NCBI RefSeq assembly: GCF_035084215.1
Contig: NW_027139247.1
Location: 434,001-498,000, forward strand
Direction of reading: 5' to 3'
Length of the DNA stretch: 64,000 nt
Source: Heptranchias perlo
Lineage: Eukaryota
Under the pieces are notes generated by a model. The model worked only from the letters and a program-made list of their open reading frames with translations. It was not told the origin of the DNA and did no database searches. Of the stretch, positions 48,249 through 60,200 are shown one piece after another (the stretch's first letter is position 1; the number at the start of each line of letters is the position of its first letter). The position numbers were made by a program, and so were the translations under genes.

Positions 48249-51200
48249 CTATTGAATTTTAAAATGATGTTGATCAATAATTATTTCCTAATGATTTCAT
48301 TAGGTGCTTCATTAAGCTGCACACTGGTACAGTACATGTCTGATAGGGTAATGAACAATTTAAAATGGATTGAAACATGCCTAACTGGCTCCATTACAAA
48401 TAATAAGCAGAATACAACTAGTTACCATTCATTAATCTCAGAAACAGGGCAGTTCCTGACTAGTTACAGAGTTTAAAGTGCAATTCCTGTACTCTGCAGA
48501 TTAAATCAACACACAAACCATCTGATATCAGGGATAGAGGCTGCAGAATTACACGCTGTAAAATAACAGTGCAATGCCAAGGAGGGGAAACTATTGGCCA
48601 TTTCTTTACACAGATGATGGTTGCAGATTGCAATGTTTGGCCACAGGGAGTGGTTGAGACAGAGACCATTGTATGTTTTAAGGGAAGGGTGGCTAAACAT
48701 TCGAAGCTCAGGGAGATACAGAGCAGTGAGGTTAGTTTGGGATTGATACAGAGCTATGGGGAGAGAGTGGGGCAGTGGGATTAGTTTGGGATTGATACAG
48801 GGCTATGGGGAGAGAGTGGGGCAGTGGGATTAGTTTGGGATTGATACAGGGCTATGGGGAGAGAGTGGGGCAGTGGGATTAGTTTGGGATTGAGACAGGG
48901 CAATGGGGAGAGAGTGGGACAGTGGGATTAGTTTGGGATTGATACAGGGCTATGGGGAGAGAGCGGGACAGTGGATTAGTTTGGGATTGATACGGGGCTA
49001 TGGGGAGAGAGTGGGACAGTGGGATTAGTTTGGGATTGATACAGGGCTATGGGGAGAGAGTGGGACAGTGGGATTAGTTTTGGATTGATACAGAGCTATG
49101 GGGAGAGTGTGGGGCAGTGGGATTAGTTTGGGATTGATACAGGGCTATGGGGAGAGAGTGAGGCAGTGGGATTAGTTTGGGATTGATACAGGGCTGTGGA
49201 GAGAGTGGGGCAGTGGGATTAGTTTGGGATTGATACAGGGCTATGGGGAGAGAGTGAGGCAGTGGGATTAGTTTGGGATTGATACAGGGCTATGGGGAGA
49301 GAGTGGGGACAGTGGGATTAGTTTGGGATTGATACAGGGCTATGGGGAGAGAGTGGGGACAGTGGGATTAGTTTGGGATTGATACAGGGCTATGGGGAGA
49401 GAGTGGGGCAGTGGGATTAGTTTGGGATTGATACAGGGCTATGGGGAGAGAGTGAGGCAGTGGGATTAGTTTGGGATTGATACAGGGCTATGGGGAGAGA
49501 GTGGGGACAGTGGGATTAGTTTGGGATTGATACAGGGCTATGTGGAGAGAGTGGGGACAGTGGGATTAGTTTGGGATTGATACAGGGCTATGGGGAGAGA
49601 GTGGGGCAGTGGGATTAGTTTGGGATTGATACAGGGCGATGGGGAGAGAGTGGGGCAGTGGGATTAGTTTGGGATTGATACACGGCTATGGGGAGAGAGT
49701 GGGGCAGTGGGATTAGTTTGGGATTGATACAGGGCTATGGGGAGAGAGTGGGGCAGTGGGATTAGTTTGGGATTGATACAGGGCTATGGGGAGAGAGTGG
49801 GGCAGTGGGATTAGTTTGGGATTGATGCAGGGCTATGTGGAGAGAGTGAGGCAGTGGGATCAGTTTGGGATTGATACAGGGCTATGTGGAGAGAGTGAGG
49901 CAGTGGGATTAGTTTGGGATTGATACAGGGCTATGTGGAGAGAGTGGGGCAGTGGGATTAGTTTGGGATTGATACAGGGCGATGGGGAGAGAGTGGGGCA
50001 TTGGGATTAGTTTGGGATTGATACACGGCTATGGGGAGAGAGTGGGGCAGTGGGATTAGTTTGGGATTGATACACGGCTATGGGGAGAGAGTGGGGCAGT
50101 GGGATTAGTTTGGGATTGATACAGGGCTATGGGGAGAGAGTGGGGCAGTGGGATTAGTTTGGAATTGAGTCAGGGCTATGGGGAAAGGGCAGTCTCTCCA
50201 ATTGAAATCCTCCCACTCAGCAGAGGCCAGGGGTTAAATCTGGGACCCTCTGGTCTGTTCGTCTTTGTTCTACATTGGGCAGGTCATTTACCAATTGTGC
50301 TATTGGGTAAATTGAAGGGGATTTTGCTCAGTGTAACACCGTGAAAGGTGGGCATGTGCTATTGAAAGAGAAAAGGAAGAGGTGTATTTATATAACACCT
50401 TTCATGAGCTCAGGATGTCTCAAAGCACTTTGCAGCCAATTAAACTATTTTGAAGTGTCGTCACTGTTGTGATGTGGAAAACCCGGCAGCCAATTTGTGC
50501 ACAGCAAGATCCCACGACCAGCAATGTGATAATGATCAGATCACTTTTTTTATATTCATGTTTATTGAGGGATAAATATTGGCCAGGACACTGGGGATAA
50601 CTCTCCTGCTCATCCTCGAAATAATGTCATGGGATGTTTCACCTCCACCTGAGATGGCAGTTGGGGCCTTGACTTAACATCTCATCTGAAAGATGGCACC
50701 TCCCACAGTGCAGCACTCCCTCAGTACTGACCCTCCGACAGTGCAGCACTCCCTCAGTACTGACCCTCAGACAATGCAGCTCTCCCTCAGTACTGCCCCT
50801 CCCACAGTGCAGCACTCCCTCAGTACTGACCCTCCGACAGTGCAGCTCTCCCTCAGTACTGACCCTCCGACAGTACCGCACTCCCTCAGTACTGCCCCTT
50901 TGACAGTGCAGCGCTCCCCCGAAGGATGCAGAGACACGGGGAAGGACCCTGCGGCACAGGGAATGACCTTGAGGCACAGGGAATGACCTTGAGGCACAGG
51001 GAATGACCTCGAGTCACAGGGAATGACCTCGAGTCACAGGGGAGGATCCAGAGAAGTGGGGAAGGACGCAGAGACACAAGGAAGGACCCTGAGGCACGGC
51101 AATGACCCAGAGGCACGGGGAAGGATGCAGAGGCACAGGGAATGACCCTGAGACACAGGGAAGGACCCAGAGGCACAGGGAAGGATGCAGAGGTACGAGG

Positions 51201-54200
51201 AATGATCCAGAGGCACGGGGAATGACCCAGAGGCACAGGGAATGACCCAGAGGCACAGGGAAGGATGCAGAGACACGAGGAAGGATGCAGAGGAACGGGG
51301 AATGATCCAGAGGCACAGGGAATGACCCAGAGGCACAGGGAAGGACCCAGAGGCACGGGGAATGACCCAGAGGCACGGGGAATGACCCAGAGGCACAGGG
51401 AATGACCCAGAGGCACAGGGAAGGATGCAGAGGCACGAGGAATGATCCAGAGGCACGGGGAAGGACCCAGAGGCACAGGGAATGATCCAGAGGCACAGGG
51501 AATGATCCAGAGGCACGGGGAAGGACCCACAGTCACGGGGAAGGACCCAGAGGCACAGGGAAGGACCCAGAGGCACAGGGAATGACCCAGAGGCACAGGG
51601 AATGACCCAGAGGCACAGGGAAGGATGCAGAGGAACGGGGAATGATCCAGAGGCACAGGGAATGACCCAGAGGCACGGGGAATGACCCAGAGGCACGGGG
51701 AATGACCCAGAGGCACAGGGAATGACCCAGAGGCACAGGGAATGACCCAGAGGCACGGGGAATGACCCAGAGGCACAGGGAATGACCCAGAGGCACGGGG
51801 AATGACCCAGAGGCACAGGGAATGACCCAGAGGCACGGGGAATGACCCAGAGGCACAGGGAATGACCCAGAGGCACGGGGAATGACCCAGAGGCATGGGG
51901 AAGGACCCTGTGGGCCCCCAAGACACGGGGAAAAGCCCTGCGGCCCTCCCGAGAATCGGGGAAGGACCCAGAGTTCCAGGAAGTACCTCGCGGCCCCCCC
52001 GAGACACAGGGAAAGACCCTGAGGACCCCCCCCCGATTTGCCACTCACCCCAGGGTACGTTGATCCCCCGCAGGAGGCTGGCGTGCTCGATATGACAGGA
52101 GTAGCTCTTCCTGTCGTCTCCACTCAGCTCGATCGTTTTCAGTACCCGATAGGTCATATCCTGGTTGGGCAGCACGTCACTGGATTCAATGTCAGCGACC
52201 TCCTCGCCATTCCCCAACCAAGTCACCTCGATGGCCCAGGGGTAGAACCCCGACACAAGGCAGGAGACCCTTAGCACTCTGTCCCCGTCACTCCTCTTCC
52301 CAATAAACACCTCAGGGGCGACTGAGAGATTTAAACAAAGAGTACAATCGGTGACAAGTTCTCTTCTTTTGCCTTCATTTCTTCCCCGCCCACCACCATC
52401 AATTTTCTCGGCCTGAAGGCAGATGACTGATGCTGAGAGACAGCTGGAGTTCACCGGAGTTCAGCTGAGGGGTCACCTGATAGAGGTCGTTAAGATTATG
52501 AAAGGGTTTGATAGGATAGACGTAGGGAAGATGGGCGCTAAATAGGGCCGTGTAGCGCCCGTTGTTTCAGCGCGAGACGGCCTCTCCGACATCCAAGATC
52601 GCATCTCGGATGCGCACGCACATTTCCAGCGTGACGTACGCCAGACGCCATCTTGGTTTTGGAGTTAGTGCAGGCGCAGATAACGAACACTGGAATCATG
52701 TAAAGTAGGGAGAAAATGGCTTCAATCAGTGTGCAACGCTGATTTAAAGTGATAGACATCATTTCGGGACTTAACGCTCAACTCAACACACAGTCTTAAC
52801 CCTGACCATCTGAACGTGTCTTAGAGTGCCTGGAGGACCCCCCACCTGCGCTATTTAAAGGGACGACGCAGGATTTACAGGTTAGTGGCTGGATTACTGC
52901 TTCTGGCTGCCGAGACATTTCTGGCTGTTTTTGGAGGTCTCCTAGACTTGAATACCAGGACGCGGGGAAATAGCCTAACATTTAGATCCAGGATGTGCAG
53001 GTGTGAAGTTAGGAAATGCTTCTTCACACAAAGGGTGGGAGATGTTTGGAACACTCTTCTACAGACGGCAGTTGATGCGAGCTCACTTGTGAATGTTAAA
53101 TCTGAGATTGATAGATTTCTGTGAACCAAGGGTATTAAGGGATATGGGGCGAAGGTGGGTATATGGAGTTAGGTCACAGGTCCATCATGATCTCATTGAA
53201 TGGTGGAACAGGCTCGAGGGGCTGAATGTCACTGCCACGTGCTGCCTCTTGATATGCGCCACCTTCTCCTGTGTCTGGGTGATGTGCCTGTCATGGTTGA
53301 ATAGCTGCCAGTGTGTGTGGCCTGTGAGTTGTGGGTGGGTGGCTTGAAACAGTGGTAATGTGTGAGGGTGAGAGGAAGCATCTGATGGGAAGAGTTGAGT
53401 ACTGATGGAAAGAGTTTGTTGGTATGTGGGTGATGGGGGTGTAGTGTGTGGGGCAGTTGTTTGGAGACACCACTTGACAGTTGACCTCACTCACCTTGAC
53501 CACTCATGTCAAAGCATTGAACTTCTTCCTGCACTGCATCCATGTTCATGATGCTGTGAGCCTGGCATTGACTTCGTCCCCCGTTGCCTCCCACTGGCTT
53601 TTGAGTATATGTCTGGAGGGTCTCTGCCCCCCCCTCCCTTCCCCCCACTGTGGATATAGGATGTCCCTCCTTCTGTCCACCTCTTGCACCAAGGCCTCTA
53701 GTGCATCAGCAGAGAACCTTGGTGCACGTACTCTCACAGGCCTGGTACCAACTCAGATCGGCAGATTGGTGAGGTCTGGTGTGCAGATTGGAGGATGTGG
53801 GATTTAGTAGTGCGCAACCTTTATTCAATGTTTTAACATAACTCATCAGTGTGTAAACATAGGGATGGGACCTGCATCGTGTTTTACATGTGCTATGTCT
53901 GATCTCTGTTCAGACTCCGTGCAGACTGTTATTTTCAGCAAATAACAGGTACCAGCTACCTTTAAGAGATTTCCAACAAACATCCTCCCTTTAAGAGATT
54001 GGACTCCCTCTGGTGGTGGAAAGTGTGAATTGCATTGATTCCAGGTGCAAGGCCTGGGATGGAACGCTGATCGCAGGTCGGTCCTCGGGTGGGTCGAAAC
54101 TTGCATCCTGCCTGCGCCGGGACCATTGGACACGGGGTAAAGCACATCACGCTGCCCCCGCCCAAAAACGGCCACATCCAAATTTTTCCCCCGATGTTTC

Positions 54201-57200
54201 CACTTGTGGCAGAGGCCTGAACGAGGGGCCATAAATATAAGAGAGTCACTAATAAATCCAATGGGGAATTCAGGAGAAACTCAGAGAGTGGTTTGAATGT
54301 GGAGCTCGCTCTCACAAGGAGTAGTTGAGGCGAATAGCACAGATGCCTTTAAGGGGAAGCTGGATAAACACATGAGGGAGAAAGGAATAGAAGGATATGC
54401 TGATCGGGGGAGATGAAGTAGGGAGGGTGCAGCAATAACACTGGCATAGACCTGTTGGGCCGAATGGCCTGTTTCTGTGTTGTAAATTCCATGTAACGGG
54501 TCACGTTCCGGTAACGCACACAAGCACCCAGTGTTCACGAGTGAGCCTTCACAGTGAGGACCAGGACGCTATTCAACCATGGGGGTATTACAATTTAGTT
54601 GAACCCCGTGCTCACCCGATGTCAACACGCACGGGCTTTCCAGCCGGGGAGACTGAGTAGGTCATCGGATTTAGGTCACCTGCCCGATTATCTCCCCCAT
54701 CCCCACCCCCCACCCCAAGGGGTACTGAGGCCAGGTGCAGCACCCCTCACTGCTACCCTGTCCGGGAACAGCTGGCTCAGGACAGACTGGGAATATAAAT
54801 TTTGCCTGTACGGCACCTCCAGTTCCCGCTCGCTCGAGGTACCTTTCCTCTGTAGTGCTTCTCGCCCAGCCCGAAGGTATATCAGCAGCCACTTCACACA
54901 GTCCTTTTCCAACAGGGTCTTGAAGTATTTGTTCATGAAGGTGTTCGCATTCCACCGGTCTGCTAAAGTCTGGAACTCTGGATTCACCGCAATCCAACTC
55001 AATCTGTCCTTGTCAAAAACATACGCGTCCTCCCCGTCATATCCAAACTTTATAAACCCCTCCGTGGAGTTGTCGCTGTTCAGTTCGCAGCCACACATTC
55101 CCTGGACAAAGAAAACACCTGGAGAAACAACTCAAGTCAATTGAAAATGTGAAAAGGGTTCGATCGGGTACATACAACAACAACAACTTGCATTTATATA
55201 GCGCCTTTCACGGAGTAAAACATCACAAGGCACTTGACAAACAAAATTTGACACCGAGCCACATAAGGAGATATTAGGACAGGTGAGCAAAAGCTTGGAC
55301 AAAGAGGTAGGTTTGAAGGAGCATCTTAAAGGAGGAGAGAGAGGCGGAGAGGTTTAGGGAGGGAATTCCAGAGGGACTATTTCCTCAGGTGGGGGAATCA
55401 AGATCTTAGATTTAGAGCCAGGCCATTTAGGAGTGAAATCAGGAAGCACTTTATCACACAAAGGGGAGTGGGAATCAGGAACTGTCTCCCCCAAAAGGCT
55501 GTGGGATGCTGGGGGCCCATTGGAGCTTTCAAGACTGAGATTGTTAAATTTTTGTTCGGTAAGGGTATCGATGGATTGGAAGCAAAGGCTGGAAAATGGA
55601 GTTACGGTGCAGAATAGCCATGATATAAATGAATGGTGGAGCAGGCTCGAGGGGCTGAATGGCCTCTTCCTCTTTCGATGCTCCTGAGCAGCTGTGTTAC
55701 GTTGAGGTTCCATTTATGTCCTGCTGTCTTGAACTTTAACCTTAGCAATAGGTTAGATTGTCACAGAGAGTCATCGATCTCTGGAATTTCAGTGGGATGA
55801 GAACAGATCTGGTCCCGGGTAAATTGGAATCAAAGATTGTCAGGCAAAACTGTAATTGAACAGCGGGCGGCCTTTAAGGAGGAGATGGTTCGGGTACAGT
55901 CTCCACGAGGGGGAAAGGTCGGGCAACTAAAGCCAGAGCTCCCTGGATGACAAAAGAGATAGAGAGTAAGATGAAACAGGAAAAAGGGGCGTATGACAGA
56001 TATCAGGTTGATAATACAAGTGAGAACCAGGCAGAATATAGAAAGTTCAGAGGGGAAGTGAAAAAGGAAATAAGAGGGGCAAAGAGAGAGTCTGAGAATA
56101 GACTGGCGGCCAACATAAAAGGGAATCCAAAAGTCTTCTATAGGCATCTAAACAGTAAACAGGTAGTAAGAGGAGGGGTGGGGCCGATTAGGGACCATAA
56201 AGGAGATCTACTCATGGAGGCAGAGGAGATGGCCAAGGTACTAAATGAGTACTTTGCATCTGTTTTTACCAAGGAAGAAGATGCTGCCAGAGTCTCAGTA
56301 AAGGAAGATATGGTTAAGATACTGGATGGGCTAAAAATTGATATAGAAGAGGTACTGGAGGGCACAATTCTAAAAGGGTACAGGAACAGAGAGATCTGGG
56401 GGTATATGTGCACAAATCATTCAAGGTAGCAGGGCAGGTTGAGAAAGCGGTTAAAAAAGCATCCTGGATCCTGGGCTTTTTAAAAAGAGGCATAGAGTAC
56501 AAAAGTGTGGAAGTCATGATGAACCTTTATAAAACACTGGTTCGGCCACAACTGGAGTATGGTGTCCAGTTCTGGGCACCGCACTTTAGGAAGGATGTGA
56601 AGGCCTTAGAGAGGGTGCAGAATTGATTTACCAGAATGATTCCAGGGATGAGGGACTTTAGTTGTGTGGATAGACTGGAGAAGCTGGGGTTGTTCTCCTT
56701 GGAACAGAGACGGTTGCGAGGAGATTTGATAGAGGTGTTTAAAATCATGAAGAAACTATTCCCATTGATGGAAGGGTTAAAAACCAGAGGTCATAGATTT
56801 AAGGTGATTGGCAAAAGAACCAAAGGTGACTTGAGGAAAAACTTTTTTACACAGCGAGTGGTTAGGATCTGGAATGCACGGCCCGAGGGGGTGGTGGAGG
56901 CAGATTCAATCGTGGACTTCAAAAGGGAACTGGATAAGTAATGAAAGGAAAAAATTTGCAGGGCTACGGGGATAGGGCAGGGGAGAGGGACTAGCTGGAT
57001 TGCTCTTGCATAGAACCAGCACGGACTCAATGGGCCGAATGGCCTCCTTCCGTGCTGTTACCTTTCTGTGATTCGATGAACAAGTTGCCTGCATGCACAG
57101 TGTGTGTGGGTGGACTGCAAGTGTTGGAAAGGGGACTGGCGACCAATAGAAAGTATCTCGAGTTATAGGAGGTGTGTGGGGTTAATGGGGACCAGTGATA

Positions 57201-60200
57201 TCAGACACTGTGGTCTCCTGCACCTTCCTCGATTCCCTGGGTGGGGGGGTCGCAGAGGAATCTCCCAGAGTGTTTGCTTTCCTAACTTGGCCTCAGTTTC
57301 ATCCTCTTTCTTTGGCCTCTCCCAGGAGATTGTGTGACTGTGGGAGGGAGAGGGTGCTGATGGTGTGTGTGTGTGTGTTGTTTCACCGTGCCAAGACAGG
57401 ACAGGCTTGATGGACCCGCCTGTCCTGATTTCATCTGTTTGTTAGTAACCCTGGCAACGCAGCTTTAGAAGAGGAGAAACAAGTGGCAGCGATGATTTCA
57501 TTCCAACGTTCAAGGTGCTCACATCAAATCCCTCAGTGCTGCCCCTCCCTCAGTGCTGCCCCTCCCTCAGTGCTGCCCCTCCCTCAGTGCTGCCCCTCCC
57601 ACAGTGCTGCCCCTCCCACAGTGCTGCCCCTCCCTCAGTGCTGCCCCTCCCTCAGTGCTGCCCCTCCCTCAGTGCTGCCCCTCCCTCAGTAATCCCCTCC
57701 CACAGTGCTGCCCCTCCCTCAGTGCTGCCCTCCCTCAGTGCTGCCCCTCCCACAGTGCTGCCACTCCCTCAGTGCTGCCCCTCCCTCAGTGCTGCCCCTC
57801 CCACAGTGCTGCCCCTCCCTCAGTGCTGCCACTCCCTCAGTGCTGCCCCTCCCTCAGTGCTGCCCCTCCCTCAGTGCTGCCACTCCCTCAGTGCTGCCCC
57901 TCCCTCAGTGCTGCCCCTCCCACAGTGCTGCCCCTCCCACAGTGCTGCCCCTCCCTCAGTGCTGCCCCTCCCACAGTGCTGCCCCTCCCTCAGTGCTGCC
58001 CCTCCCACAGTGCTGCCCCTCCCACAGTGCTGCCCCTCCCTCAGTGCTGCCCCTCCCTCAGTGCTGCCCCTCCCACAGTGCTGCCCCTCCCTCAGTGCTG
58101 CCCCCTCCCTCAGTGCTGCCCCTCCCTCAGTGCTGCACTGGGAGTGCCAGCCGAGATTTTGTGCTCCAGTCTCTGGAGTGGGTCTTGAACCCACAACCTT
58201 CTGAACTAGAGGTGAGAGTAAGAAGGTCGTGGTTTCAGGCCCCACTCCAGAGATTTGAGCTCATTATCCGGGCTGAAACTCCAGTGCAGGACTGAGGGAG
58301 CGCTGCACTGTCGGAGAGGCAGTACTGAGGGAGCGCTGCACTGTCGGAGGGGCAGTACTGAGGGAGAGCTGCACTGTCGGAGGGGCAGTACTGAGGGAGT
58401 GCTGCACTGTCGGAGGGGCAGTACTGAGGGAGTGCTGCACTGTCGGAGGGGCAGTACTGAGGGAGTGATGCACTGTCGGAGGGGCAGTACTGAGGGAGTG
58501 ATGCATTGTCGGAGGGGCAGTACTGAGGGAGTGATGGACTGTCGGAGGGGCAGTACTGAGGGAGTGATGCTTTGTTGGAGGGGCAGTACTGAGGGAGTGA
58601 TGCATTGTCGGAGAGGCAGTACTGAGGGAGTGATGCATTGTCGGAGGGGCAGTACTGAGGGAGTGATGCATTGTCGGAGGGTCAGTACTGAGGGAGTGAT
58701 GCACTGTCGGAGGGGCAGTGCTGAGGGAGTGATGCATTGTCGGAGGGGCAGTACTGAGGGAGTGATGCATTGTCGGAGGGGCAGTACTGAGGGAGTGATG
58801 CATTGTCGGAGGGGCAGTACTGAGGGAGTGATGCATTGTCGGAGGGGCAGTACTGAGGGAGTGATGCATTGTCGGAGGGGCAGTACTGAGGGAGTGATGC
58901 ATTGTCGGAGAGGCAGTACTGAGGGAGTGATGCACTGTCGGAGGGGCAGTAGTGAGGGAGTGCTGCACTGTCGGAGAGGCAGTACTGAGGGAGTGCTGCA
59001 CTGTCGGAGAGGCAGTACTGAGGGAGTGATGCACTCTCGGAGGGTCAGTACTGAGGGAGCGCTGCACTGTCGGAGAGGCAGTACTGAGGGAGTGCTGCAC
59101 TGTCGGAGAGGCAGTATTGAGGGAGTGCTGCACTGTCGGAGGGGCAGTACTGAGGGAGTGATGCACTGTCGGAGGGGCAGTACTGAGGGAGTGATGCATT
59201 GTCAGAGGGGCAGTACTGAGGGAGTGATGGACTGTCGGAGGGGCAGTACTGAGGGAGTGATGCTTTGTTGGAGGGGCAGTACTGAGGGAGTGATGCATTG
59301 TCGGAGAGGCAGTACTGAGGGAGTGATGCATTGTCGGAGGGTCAGTACTGAGGGAGTGATGCACTGTCGGAGGGGCAGTGCTGAGGGAGTGATGCATTGT
59401 CGGAGGGGCAGTACTGAGGGAGTGATGCATTGTCGGAGGGGCAGTACTGAGGGAGTGATGCATTGTCGGAGGGGCAGTACTGAGGGAGTGATGCATTGTC
59501 GGAGGGTCAGTACTGAGGGAGTGATGCATTGTCGGAGGGGCAGTACTGAGGGAGTGATGCATTGTTGGAGGGGCAGTACTGAGGGAGTGATGCATTGTCG
59601 GAGGGGCAGTACTGAGGGAGTGATGCATTGTCGGAGGGGCAGTACTGAGGGAGTGATGCATTGTTGGAGGGGCAGTACTGAGGGAGTGATGCATTGTCGG
59701 AGGGGCAGTACTGAGGGAGTGATGCATTGTCGGAGGGTCAGTACTGAGGGAGTGATGCACTGTCGGAGGGGCAGTGCTGAGGGAGTGATGCATTGTCGGA
59801 GGGGCAGTACTGAGGGAGTGATGCATTGTCGGAGGGGCAGTACTGAGGGAGTGATGCATTGTCGGAGGGGCAGTACTGAGGGAGTGATGCATTGTCGGAG
59901 GGGCAGTACTGAGGGAGTGATGCATTGTCGGAGGGGCAGTACTGAGGGAGTGATGCATTGTCGGAGAGGCAGTACTGAGGGAGTGATGCACTGTCGGAGG
60001 GGCAGTACTGAGGGAGTGCTGCACTGTCGGAGAGGCAGTACTGAGGGAGTGCTGCACTGTCGGAGAGGCAGTACTGAGGGAGTGATGCACTCTCGGAGGG
60101 TCAGTACTGAGGGAGTGATGCACTCTCGGAGGGGCAGTACTGTGGGAGTGCTGCACTGTCGGAGAGGCAGTACTGAGGGAGTGCTGCACTGTCGGAGAGG

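Noticed and set aside
46856-50185. Regular arrays that superficially resemble CRISPR
   Set aside because: Head-to-tail units with no unique spacers and no cas genes, in a eukaryotic context.
50886-52454. 522-aa ORF: Ig domain with a long repetitive tail
   Set aside because: Only 52049-52321 is exonic (canonical splice sites); the rest reads through the 20-bp minisatellite.
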